This document shows, piece by piece, positions 9,301 through 16,613 of a stretch of 27,261 nt of DNA (position 1 is its first letter; the number at the start of each line of letters is the position of its first letter). Below the pieces are notes generated by a model, which worked only from the letters and a program-made list of their open reading frames with translations, made no database searches and was not told the origin of the DNA. This DNA is from Lentisphaerota bacterium. Lineage in GTDB: Bacteria; Verrucomicrobiota; Kiritimatiellia; JAAZAB01. Location of the stretch: positions 1-27,261 of the forward strand of contig JACQHI010000056.1 of the NCBI GenBank assembly GCA_016199105.1, given 5' to 3'. The position numbers and the translations under genes are program-made.

Positions 9301-10380
9301 ATGGCCGTGTTCAATCCATCCGAAGCGTTTTTTCTGCAGTGGCACATCACCGACCGCTGCAATCTCCGGTGCACGCACTGTTACCGGACGGAGTCCAAGC
9401 AGGATTTGTCGCTTTCCGAACTGAGCGGCGTGTTCCGCAACTTTCTGCGCTTGCGCGAGGTCGTGCCGCAAGCCAAGGCCCGTGTCCAGTTGGCCGGCGG
9501 CGAGCCGTTGCTCTCGAACCATCTCTTTCCGGTTCTCGACATGATCGCGGAAGCCGGGCTGCAGTCGCGCATTCTGAGCAATGGCACTTTGATTGACCGC
9601 CCGATGGCGATGGGGATCAGGGCGCATGGGTGTCGTATCGTTCAGATCAGCCTGGAGGGGTCCCGCCCAACACACGATACGATCCGGGGGGACGGCGCAT
9701 TCGACCGCGCGATTGACGGCGCGCGCCGATTGCGCGAACAAGACATCCAGGTGACGTTTGCCATGACTTTGTCGCGCCAGACGGTGGATGACATTCCTGC
9801 CGTTCTGGAAATCGCCCGGACCCTGGCCAACCGGGTGGGTTTTCATCGACTGGTACCCTGTGGGACCGGACGCGCATTGGCCGATCGGATGCTGCGGCCG
9901 GCGGAAATTAAAAGGGCGTTTCGGCGGATATGGGAGTTCCGCAAGGCCCATCCCTCCATCGAAATACCGCTGCGCGATCCGCTGTGGAAGCCGTATCTTC
10001 GATGCGGTCATGCGGCGGACACGGTGAACGGGTGTTCCGCCGGTTATGCGGGGCTTTGCGTTGACGCGGATGGGAGTGTCTATCCGTGCCGCCGACTGCC
10101 GGTGTGTTTGGGAAATGCCGTTCAGGACTCCCTGATCGAGCTCTGGCGATCTCTTTTGATGGATCAATTGCGGAATCGCGACGGGCTGCGGGGGAAATGC
10201 GGAACGTGTCCCCTGCGCTGGGATTGCGGGGGGTGTCGGGCGATCCCGTTCGCGCTTACACAGGATCCGTTGGGCGAAGATCCCCAATGTTTCTTCAGAC
10301 CATCATGGCTTCAGAAGAAAATGATCGAGGCCATGTTCGCCCTGGAAGCCACGGCGAATCGCGGGGAGGGGGGCGGATAG
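9301..10380 (+). CDS. Radical SAM/SPASM domain protein
   Basis: CNLRCTHC (residues 20-27), GGEPLL, SNGTL, ISLEG. SPASM cysteines CSAG...C...G.VYPC...CGTC.....CGGC...DPQC. The ORF-track start 8956 overlaps the upstream gene, so ATG 9301 is preferred. Confidence 0.93.
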   Translation: MAVFNPSEAFFLQWHITDRCNLRCTHCYRTESKQDLSLSELSGVFRNFLRLREVVPQAKARVQLAGGEPLLSNHLFPVLDMIAEAGLQSRILSNGTLIDRPMAMGIRAHGCRIVQISLEGSRPTHDTIRGDGAFDRAIDGARRLREQDIQVTFAMTLSRQTVDDIPAVLEIARTLANRVGFHRLVPCGTGRALADRMLRPAEIKRAFRRIWEFRKAHPSIEIPLRDPLWKPYLRCGHAADTVNGCSAGYAGLCVDADGSVYPCRRLPVCLGNAVQDSLIELWRSLLMDQLRNRDGLRGKCGTCPLRWDCGGCRAIPFALTQDPLGEDPQCFFRPSWLQKKMIEAMFALEATANRGEGGG

Positions 10381-10383
10381 GCT

Positions 10384-11358
10384 CTAAAGCCATTTCTCCA
10401 GGAACGCCATGATTTCCGACCGCATGTGCGCGTTCTCGAAATGTCCGGTCGCATATCGCTTCATTTGCCAGGCATCCTTCGCTCCCAGCGACTCGTAGAC
10501 CTGTCTCAGGGCCTTGTCAATGCGATCCAGCCCGGCCGAAGGCGTGAGACGATCATAGTTGCCGGCGAGGCTTAAATGCCGCCGCGGGGCAATCAGCGCG
10601 TTGATTTGCGCGGTTGTGAAGTGCTTCAGGAGTGACGGTACATAGTAATAGATGCCGTGCTCATCGAGCCCCCGGGCTGAAATCAGGGCCTCGAAATCCG
10701 TCAGACAGCAGATGTCCACGCACACTTTGATCCGGGTATCCAACGCGGCGGTCCACCAAGCCATGGTGCTGCCCATGGACAGCCCGATCGTTCCAATTCG
10801 TTGCCCGTCGACGTCGGGGCGCGCGGCGAGATAATCCAGGGCTCGCAGGTTGTCATAGACCATCATCCCCCAGAGGACCCGGCCTTTCCAGAGCATCTCC
10901 TTGAAGACTTCGGACTCCGACCGTCCGCGCCGTTCGCCGAAAACCCAGGTGTCGATGCACAGCGCTCCCCAGCCTTTGGCGGTGAGCTGTTTTGCGTAGG
11001 GTGGCGTGCAAAGCGCCTCCCGGCCCAAAAGCAATTCGTCCTTGCCCAGGACGTAGTTGCCTCCGTGGGCATGATTGTAGAGCAGGCAGGGCATGCGTGG
11101 GCCGGCATTCCTGGATTTGACAAAGTAGGCCGGCACGGATTCGATGCCGTTCAGGTCCAAAAGAAGTTTCTCCAGGATATAGCCGTCGCGCTCGCCCTGT
11201 TCCACCACCGTTGAACGAATCGGGCGATCCCTTTGGGGCAGGTCCCCGAGAAGGGCGTATAGTGCTTGCCGCTGCTTGTCTTGTTCGATGTCCAGTCCCA
11301 TGCGAATGGCGAGTTGCTTCTTGATCTGCTTGGCGTAAGGATTTCGGCGGCTCCTCAT
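10384..11358 (-). CDS. Dienelactone-hydrolase-like alpha/beta hydrolase
   Basis: Nucleophile elbow [25 protein letters not shown]-terminal TGH. Start either 11358 or 11301. The N-terminus appears chimeric (see findings). Confidence 0.85.
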   Translation of the reverse strand: MRSRRNPYAKQIKKQLAIRMGLDIEQDKQRQALYALLGDLPQRDRPIRSTVVEQGERDGYILEKLLLDLNGIESVPAYFVKSRNAGPRMPCLLYNHAHGGNYVLGKDELLLGREALCTPPYAKQLTAKGWGALCIDTWVFGERRGRSESEVFKEMLWKGRVLWGMMVYDNLRALDYLAARPDVDGQRIGTIGLSMGSTMAWWTAALDTRIKVCVDICCLTDFEALISARGLDEHGIYYYVPSLLKHFTTAQINALIAPRRHLSLAGNYDRLTPSAGLDRIDKALRQVYESLGAKDAWQMKRYATGHFENAHMRSEIMAFLEKWL

Positions 11359-11367
11359 TTTAGTCAG
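11287..11367 (-). pseudogene. BrnA-type (ribbon-helix-helix) antitoxin fragment fused in frame to the hydrolase
   Basis: [27 protein letters not shown] resembles the recalled family pattern DFSKMKSRKNPYAKxLKKQVTIRLGxDVI. The N-terminal MxxEY and the C-terminal GIPYQ..IN..L half are absent. Confidence 0.6.
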
Positions 11368-11425
11368 CACGAAGGAATTCACAACCATGACGTTCAAGAT
11401 GACGGATGAGGTCTCGCCTCTTCAT
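11360..11425 (-). pseudogene. hicA: Truncated HicA toxin (21 aa remnant)
   Basis: Own translation: [21 protein letters not shown], a typical HicA N-terminus. ATG overlaps the hicB TGA (TGATG). Stops before the catalytic His region. Confidence 0.8.
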
Positions 11426-11640
11426 CAGGATGGGATAAGAAAGGGTTCACGTATGACTTTTTGCCCGGCGATGGACTCTTCGGCGAGTTGGCGATTGGCG
11501 TCTAGAATCAATTCCACGGCCTCGACCAGGTTTCTGCGAGTTTCGTCCAGATTCGCACCCTGAGTATTGGCTCCCGGCAATTCTTCAATGAATCCGACAT
11601 AGCCAGCGGGAACTTCTTGGAATACAGCGGTAAGTTTCAT
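11425..11640 (-). CDS. hicB: HicB-family antitoxin (short form)
   Basis: MKLTAVFQEVPAGYVGFIEELPGANTQGANLDETRRNLVEAVELIL matches the HicB partial RNase-H fold pattern. AAAGGAA SD. Lower GC (26/60 in line 11581-11640). Confidence 0.88.
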   Translation of the reverse strand: MKLTAVFQEVPAGYVGFIEELPGANTQGANLDETRRNLVEAVELILDANRQLAEESIAGQKVIREPFLIPS

Positions 11641-11676
11641 TGTTTGATTCCTTTCATGACTCATCTGGTTGCCAAT

Positions 11677-13026
11677 TTACTCATGCAAAGAACCCGCGTC
11701 AAGCAGTTGCTTCTTCAGCCACGCCAGCGCCGCTTCGCGGTTTTCCAACTGGCCGTCCAGTTGCGCCTCGTAGACCTTTTTCTTCCAGAGGCCCACATCG
11801 CGGCCTTCGGGGATGCCCAGGGCCAGGATGTCCTGGCCGGTGACCCAGGGCTCGGGGAGGACCGGTTCGCCGGCCCGCTCCTTCTGGAACGCGACGAGAA
11901 AATCGTAATTATCCATGCCGCCGTGGCTGGCCAGGCAGTCGAGACGGTGCAACTCGAGCTCCACGGGAAAGGTCGGCGCGCCCACCAGCCGGCAGAGCGT
12001 GGCCCGCCGCATTTTTTTGACGTCCATGAAGCGCATGTGGTTGGCGATGCAAAAACAGATGGCATCGGTGTCGGCGTTGGAAAAGCGCAGCCGCCGCAAC
12101 ACGGCCTCCGCCATGGCGGCCCCATGCCGGGCATGATTGTCGAAACGGATCCGGTCGCCCACCTGCTTGGCCGAGGGCGGCTTGCCGATGTCGTGAAGCA
12201 GTACCGCATAGGCAAGCTGGACTGAGCGCTCGACCATGGCGTTCAACATGATGAGCGTGTGGGTGAATACGTCGCCTTCCGGATGAAACTGCGGCGGCTG
12301 TTCCTGTCCTTTCAGGGCCTCGACTTCGGGGAGAATGTGTTTGATCAATCCCAGCTCTTGAAGGGTCTGGACGGCGTCTCCGGCGCGGGGGGCCTCCAGC
12401 AGCATGCGCGTGAGTTCCTGCTGGATGCGTTCGGCGCTGATGCTTTGAATCCGGTCCGCCAGGTCCCGGATGGCGCCGGCCGTGGCGGGCTCAAGGGCAA
12501 AGCCGAGCGTGGCCGAAAACCGCACCGCGCGCAGCAGGCGAAGTTGATCCTCCATGAAGCGGTCGCGGGGCCGGCCTACGGTGCGGATGATCTTGCGGTC
12601 AATATCCTTCCGGCCGTCCACGAAATCGTGGATGACCTTGGCGATGGGGTCGAAGAACAGCGCATTAATCGTAAAATCGCGGCGGGCGGCGTCCGTTTGG
12701 GCGTCCGTGAAGGTGACGGCTTCCGGATGCCGGCCGTCCCGGTAGGCATGGTCCTGGCGGAACGTGGCCACTTCATACCAGTTTCCCTCGATCGGGACGC
12801 GAACGACGCCAAAAGCCTTGCCCACGGCCAGGGACTTGGGAAAAAGGCGAAGCACGTCATCCGGCGTGGCGTTGGTGGCGATGTCGTAATCCTTGGGTGT
12901 GCGGCCCATGATCACATCGCGGACACAGCCGCCGGCCCAGTAGGCCGTCCAGCCGGCCCGTTGGAGGCGGAGCGCGACCTCGCGCGCGCCGGCTTGCAGG
13001 GGGTTCGATGGAAGATCGGCTGACAT
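11677..13026 (-). CDS. cca: CCA tRNA nucleotidyltransferase with HD domain
   Basis: GGCVRD, DYDIAT, EVATFR, RRDFTINAL, EDxLRLLRAVRF, HPEGDVFTH, HDIGKP. CCA- versus A-adding specificity cannot be fixed by eye. Confidence 0.88.
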   Translation of the reverse strand: MSADLPSNPLQAGAREVALRLQRAGWTAYWAGGCVRDVIMGRTPKDYDIATNATPDDVLRLFPKSLAVGKAFGVVRVPIEGNWYEVATFRQDHAYRDGRHPEAVTFTDAQTDAARRDFTINALFFDPIAKVIHDFVDGRKDIDRKIIRTVGRPRDRFMEDQLRLLRAVRFSATLGFALEPATAGAIRDLADRIQSISAERIQQELTRMLLEAPRAGDAVQTLQELGLIKHILPEVEALKGQEQPPQFHPEGDVFTHTLIMLNAMVERSVQLAYAVLLHDIGKPPSAKQVGDRIRFDNHARHGAAMAEAVLRRLRFSNADTDAICFCIANHMRFMDVKKMRRATLCRLVGAPTFPVELELHRLDCLASHGGMDNYDFLVAFQKERAGEPVLPEPWVTGQDILALGIPEGRDVGLWKKKVYEAQLDGQLENREAALAWLKKQLLDAGSLHE

Positions 13027-13045
13027 AATCAAATCCTTCCCTTCG

Positions 13046-13190
13046 TCTTTACCTTAATCTTTTCCCTTTGTCTCTCCCAGTTCCCGCACAGATTATGGCG
13101 TGAGCCACGTTGTGGCAATCACGTGACCACGTTGGCACGTGCTACGTGACTCACGTGGCGCCACGCACGTGGTAAAGATTACGGCAAAGA
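13046..13190. repeat. 145-bp intergenic element with 20-bp imperfect terminal inverted repeats and a CACGTG-rich palindromic core
   Basis: 13046-13065 versus reverse complement of 13171-13190 match at 17/20. CACGTG at 13120, 13136, 13152 and 13166. Confidence 0.6.
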
Positions 13191-13227
13191 TTTCTTCCCG
13201 AACCCCGAACCCTGCCCACCGGAGCGG

Positions 13228-13656
13228 TTACCTCTTTGCGCTTCTTTCGGCTTTCAAACGGAACACGCAGGGAAAAAGTTGCTCCAAGGTCCGGGATAAC
13301 GGCGGTTTTCTGTTGCGGGCTGACCATGAAAGGATCGGAAAATCCGGGGGACAAAATTCCGCGAGCACCTGCAGGCAGGCGCCGCAGGGGGCGGCGGGTT
13401 CCGGAGCATCGGTGACAATGCCCAGCGCCGTGAAGCGCAGCCGGTGGGCAACGGCCGCCACAACGGCGGCGCGTTCGGCGCAAAGCGTGAGTCCGTAGGA
13501 GGCGTTTTCGACGTTGCAGCCTGTCACGAGGGTTCCATCATGAATTAACAGGGCGGCGCCCACCCGGAAGCGGGAATAGGGCGCATAGGCCGCCGCCCTG
13601 GCCTTCAGGGCCGCGCTGCGCAACGCTTCGATGTGTCTTTGTGTCAAGGATTTCAT
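13228..13656 (-). CDS. cdd: Cytidine deaminase (homotetrameric type)
   Basis: AYAPYSRFRVGAA, GCNVENASY, CAER, PCGAC zinc ligands. Confidence 0.96.
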   Translation of the reverse strand: MKSLTQRHIEALRSAALKARAAAYAPYSRFRVGAALLIHDGTLVTGCNVENASYGLTLCAERAAVVAAVAHRLRFTALGIVTDAPEPAAPCGACLQVLAEFCPPDFPILSWSARNRKPPLSRTLEQLFPCVFRLKAERSAKR

Positions 13657-14483
13657 CGTGCGATCCTAAGTCCTTTCCAGAAATATTCCAAAAGACGCTT
13701 CAGGCGGGGCAGCGCCTTTTGAGCGGCCCGCTCGACATCCTCATGGGACAGGCGGATTTTGCCGAGACCGGCGGCGCGGTTGCTGATGCAGGAAAGCCCC
13801 AGCACTTGCAGGCCGGCCGCATTGGCCAGGACGGCTTCCGGCACCGTGGACATGCCCACGGCATCGGCGCCCCAGGCGCGGAATGCCCTGATTTCAGCCG
13901 GGGTTTCGAAGGTGGGGCCGCCGGTGGCCAGATACACCCCGTGGGCGCAGGGAATGCCGGCTTGCCGGGCCGCCCGGTCCATCCGTTTTCGCAATGCCGG
14001 GGCATACACCTCCGTCTGATCGACAAACATCGGGCCCCAGAAAGGATCGCGATTGCCGCAAAGCGGGTGCGAGGGAAGGGCGTTGATGTGATCGTCAATG
14101 ATCATCACATCCCCCACGTTCAGATCGGCGCGTATGCCGCCGGCGGCGTTGGTCAGCACCATGAACTTCACGCCGAGAGCTTTGCTCAGGACGATGGGTA
14201 GCGCCACGGGTTCCCAGCCGGCGCCTTCGTACCAGTGCCGCCGGCCCTGGAAGACCAGGGTTTCCATGCCCGCATATTCGGCCCAGAGAATGCGGCCGGA
14301 ATGACCGGCCACCAAGGTGTTGCCCAACCCGGGGATGTCGCTGAAAGCGATCGCCTTCCTCACGGCAAACCCACCGACAGCGGGACCCCAGCCGGAGCCC
14401 AGGCTCAAGCCGCAGACGGGCTTGGCGGACGGCAGCCGCTTTCGCAAAACCGCGGCCGCTTTGTTGAGCATGGACATGTTCAT
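13653..14483 (-). CDS. punA: Purine nucleoside phosphorylase (trimeric PNP-I type)
   Basis: LGSGWG, GHSG, FQGRRHWYEG, TNAAGG, DHIN, GPTFETPAE, VGMSTVPE, SNRAAG. 4-nt overlap with cdd. Confidence 0.93.
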   Translation of the reverse strand: MNMSMLNKAAAVLRKRLPSAKPVCGLSLGSGWGPAVGGFAVRKAIAFSDIPGLGNTLVAGHSGRILWAEYAGMETLVFQGRRHWYEGAGWEPVALPIVLSKALGVKFMVLTNAAGGIRADLNVGDVMIIDDHINALPSHPLCGNRDPFWGPMFVDQTEVYAPALRKRMDRAARQAGIPCAHGVYLATGGPTFETPAEIRAFRAWGADAVGMSTVPEAVLANAAGLQVLGLSCISNRAAGLGKIRLSHEDVERAAQKALPRLKRLLEYFWKGLRIAR

Positions 14484-14519
14484 GCTTTACACCTATTCCG
14501 ATCTCAGCCCTTGCTTTTT

Positions 14520-14555
14520 TCAGGTTTCAGGTTTCATCCCTCTGCCCTTGCCTTT
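14520..14555. repeat. 36-bp heptamer-built repeat, copy 1 (overlaps the pdp 3' end)
   Basis: tcaggtttcaggtttcatccctctgcccttgccttt, 34/36 identical to 22301-22336. Confidence 0.9.
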
Positions 14556-15856
14556 GCGATGACTCTAGCAATTAACGGGGGCGGCGTCACGGGGGAAGGC
14601 GACAGCGCAAAGGCCGTTTCCACCAGCGCGCGCGCCTGGGCAAGAAGATGGGCATCGTTGGCATGGAGCACCGCCAACGGCGCGCCGCGCGAGACCCGCT
14701 CGCCTATTTTTCGAATGTCCGACAACCCCACGGCGTGATCCACGGCGTCCTCCATCCGCTGCCGGCCGGCGCCGAGAATGACACAAGCCTTGCCGAGCGA
14801 TTCGGCATCGGCGGACCGGATGGCGCCGTCGGCGGGCGCCGGGATGGGCTCGTGGATCATGGCGGCCGGCAATCGCTCGGGATGTTCCAGCGTGGAAATA
14901 TCGCCGCCATGAAGCCGGACCATGTTCAGAAATGTGGATAAGGCGGCCCCCGACTCGAGTTGGCGGCGGGCCATTTCCGTGCCCTGCTTCCGATCGCCGG
15001 CCAGACGGCCCAGCACCAGCATGTGGGCGCACTGGGCCAGGGTCAGTTCCACGATGTCGGCCGGCCCTTTCCCCTGGAACGTGTCCATGGCCTCGATGAT
15101 TTCAAGGGCATTGCCTGCCGTACGGCCCAACGGCTGGTTCATGTCGGTGATCATGGCGGTCATGGGACAACCCATGCGGCGCGACGTCTCCAGAAGGCTG
15201 TTGGCCAGCCCTTCGGCTTCCGGAAGGGTTTTCATGAATGCACCGGTTCCCCATTTCACGTCCATGACGAGGCCGTTCAATCGAACGGAGAGTTTCTTGC
15301 TTAAAATGCTGGCCACAATCAAGGGGATGGAAGGCACCGTGCCCGTAACATCCCGAAGGGCATAGAATCGGCGGTCGGCCGGGGCGATCCGATCGGTCTG
15401 GCCGATGATGGAGCAGCGACATTGCCGCAGGATGTCCCGGAACTCGGCGATCGGAAGGGCGGTCCGGTAGCCGGGGATGGATTCCAGTTTGTCGAGGGTC
15501 CCGCCGGTGATGCCGAGACCGCGGCCCGCGATCATGGGCACCGTCAGGCCGCAGGCGGCCGCCAGGGGCGCCAGGATAATGGAAATCTTGTCGCCAATGC
15601 CGCCGGTGGAATGCTTGTCCACGCAGGGCGGCGGGAGGTCGGACGTGTCTATTGTGTCGCCGCTTTGCCGCATGGCCTCGGTGAGGGATGCCGTTTCGTC
15701 GGCGGACATGCCGCGGAACAGGATGGCCATGGCCAGGGCGGACATCTGGTAATCCGGGATCTGCGCCTTGACGAAGCCCTGGATCATCCAGCGGATTTCC
15801 TCGTCGGAGAGGGGCTTGCCATCCCGTTTCTTTTCGATGATCCATTGAGCCAGCAT
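14534..15856 (-). CDS. pdp: Pyrimidine-nucleoside / thymidine phosphorylase
   Basis: IIEKKRDG, DYQMSA, DKHSTGGIGDK, GRGLG.TGGTLDKLESIPG, SILSKK, DMNQPLG..GNALE. Confidence 0.95.
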   Translation of the reverse strand: MLAQWIIEKKRDGKPLSDEEIRWMIQGFVKAQIPDYQMSALAMAILFRGMSADETASLTEAMRQSGDTIDTSDLPPPCVDKHSTGGIGDKISIILAPLAAACGLTVPMIAGRGLGITGGTLDKLESIPGYRTALPIAEFRDILRQCRCSIIGQTDRIAPADRRFYALRDVTGTVPSIPLIVASILSKKLSVRLNGLVMDVKWGTGAFMKTLPEAEGLANSLLETSRRMGCPMTAMITDMNQPLGRTAGNALEIIEAMDTFQGKGPADIVELTLAQCAHMLVLGRLAGDRKQGTEMARRQLESGAALSTFLNMVRLHGGDISTLEHPERLPAAMIHEPIPAPADGAIRSADAESLGKACVILGAGRQRMEDAVDHAVGLSDIRKIGERVSRGAPLAVLHANDAHLLAQARALVETAFALSPSPVTPPPLIARVIAKARAEG

Positions 15857-15897
15857 GGGGGACAGCATACGGGGCGCCCGGGAAGATGTCAATGGCA

Positions 15898-15923
15898 AAG
15901 GATTCGTGTGCGAAGGATTCGTG
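15898..15923. repeat. 11-bp direct repeat AAGGATTCGTG x2
   Basis: Exact copies at 15898-15908 and 15913-15923, between the toxin stop and the pdp start. Confidence 0.75.
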
Positions 15924-15948
15924 CCGCCATTCGCATTATGGCCGTCTT

Positions 15949-16212
15949 CTAAGTCTGGTCGGCATCGATCAAGTCGATAATCATGACTTCCTTGGCGGGG
16001 TGATCTGCCCAGAAGTAAACAGCGTGTTTTCCAATGATTCTGACCTGGCAGTATCTGCCTGTCGAGTCAGATTCTGTATAGTCGCCAGTCTGGAATGGAT
16101 CGGCGCGAAGCGACGTAATGAAAGACAGAATGTTGTCACGACCGGAGCGTGGAATGGCCCGGAGCAGGCGATATATCTCATATCGAATGTATAATTCGTA
16201 TGATATGGGCAT
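15949..16212 (-). CDS. RelE/ParE-like toxin (putative type II TA)
   Basis: 87 aa with a RelE-like layout (helix, DPF, VRIIGKHAVYFW, KEVMII). Lies 6 nt downstream of a small gene. Lower GC (27/60 in line 16021-16080). Confidence 0.6.
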   Translation of the reverse strand: MPISYELYIRYEIYRLLRAIPRSGRDNILSFITSLRADPFQTGDYTESDSTGRYCQVRIIGKHAVYFWADHPAKEVMIIDLIDADQT

Positions 16213-16218
16213 GACCGC

Positions 16219-16416
16219 TCATGTCCGCGATAGTTTTCGCTTCAACTGATCAAGCGTCAGCCAGTTCTGTGCGGTCCTGTCGTCAAGCCTACGCGCCAAC
16301 TCCCTGGCGTGTCGCGGATTCCTTTTGAGGCGCAGTACAGACAGGCAGGCGGCAAGTCGATCCTGCTGTTCGGGAGCCCATTTTTCAATTTGTTTCTGAA
16401 TGGTTGTTAGTGTCAT
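16219..16416 (-). CDS. Putative antitoxin
   Basis: 65-aa helical protein ending WLTLDQLKRKL, AGGGAGGT SD, upstream of the toxin-like gene. Confidence 0.6.
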   Translation of the reverse strand: MTLTTIQKQIEKWAPEQQDRLAACLSVLRLKRNPRHARELARRLDDRTAQNWLTLDQLKRKLSRT

Positions 16417-16442
16417 TTTTGCACCTCCCTTTCACTGTTTGT

Positions 16443-16471
16443 AAACTACCACAGCACCGATCTGAAATCAA
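16443..16471 (-). promoter_or_regulatory. Sigma70-like promoter for the TA pair
   Basis: Minus strand TTGATT-N17-TAGTTT with TG extended -10, about 27 nt upstream of the antitoxin ATG. Confidence 0.45.
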
Positions 16472-16613
16472 GCGGCCAACGAGGGGTGCAGAATGATTCT
16501 GTCGATAATCCGTATTCAGGATGGACAACCGGGAGTGGAGTTCCTATATATGGCGGCCGTGACGGCTAGCCGTTTAGCCTGTTGGTGGAGAGGCTGTAGG
16601 AGAGAGACAACCG

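Noticed and set aside
11300-11362. hicA interrupted by a frameshift or read-through stop rather than deleted
   Set aside because: All three downstream frames were translated by hand; none gives a HicA-like continuation.
15949-16471. TA pair as part of a larger genomic island or prophage
   Set aside because: No integrase, transposase, tRNA target or flanking direct repeats; the low-GC stretch is only about 0.5 kb.
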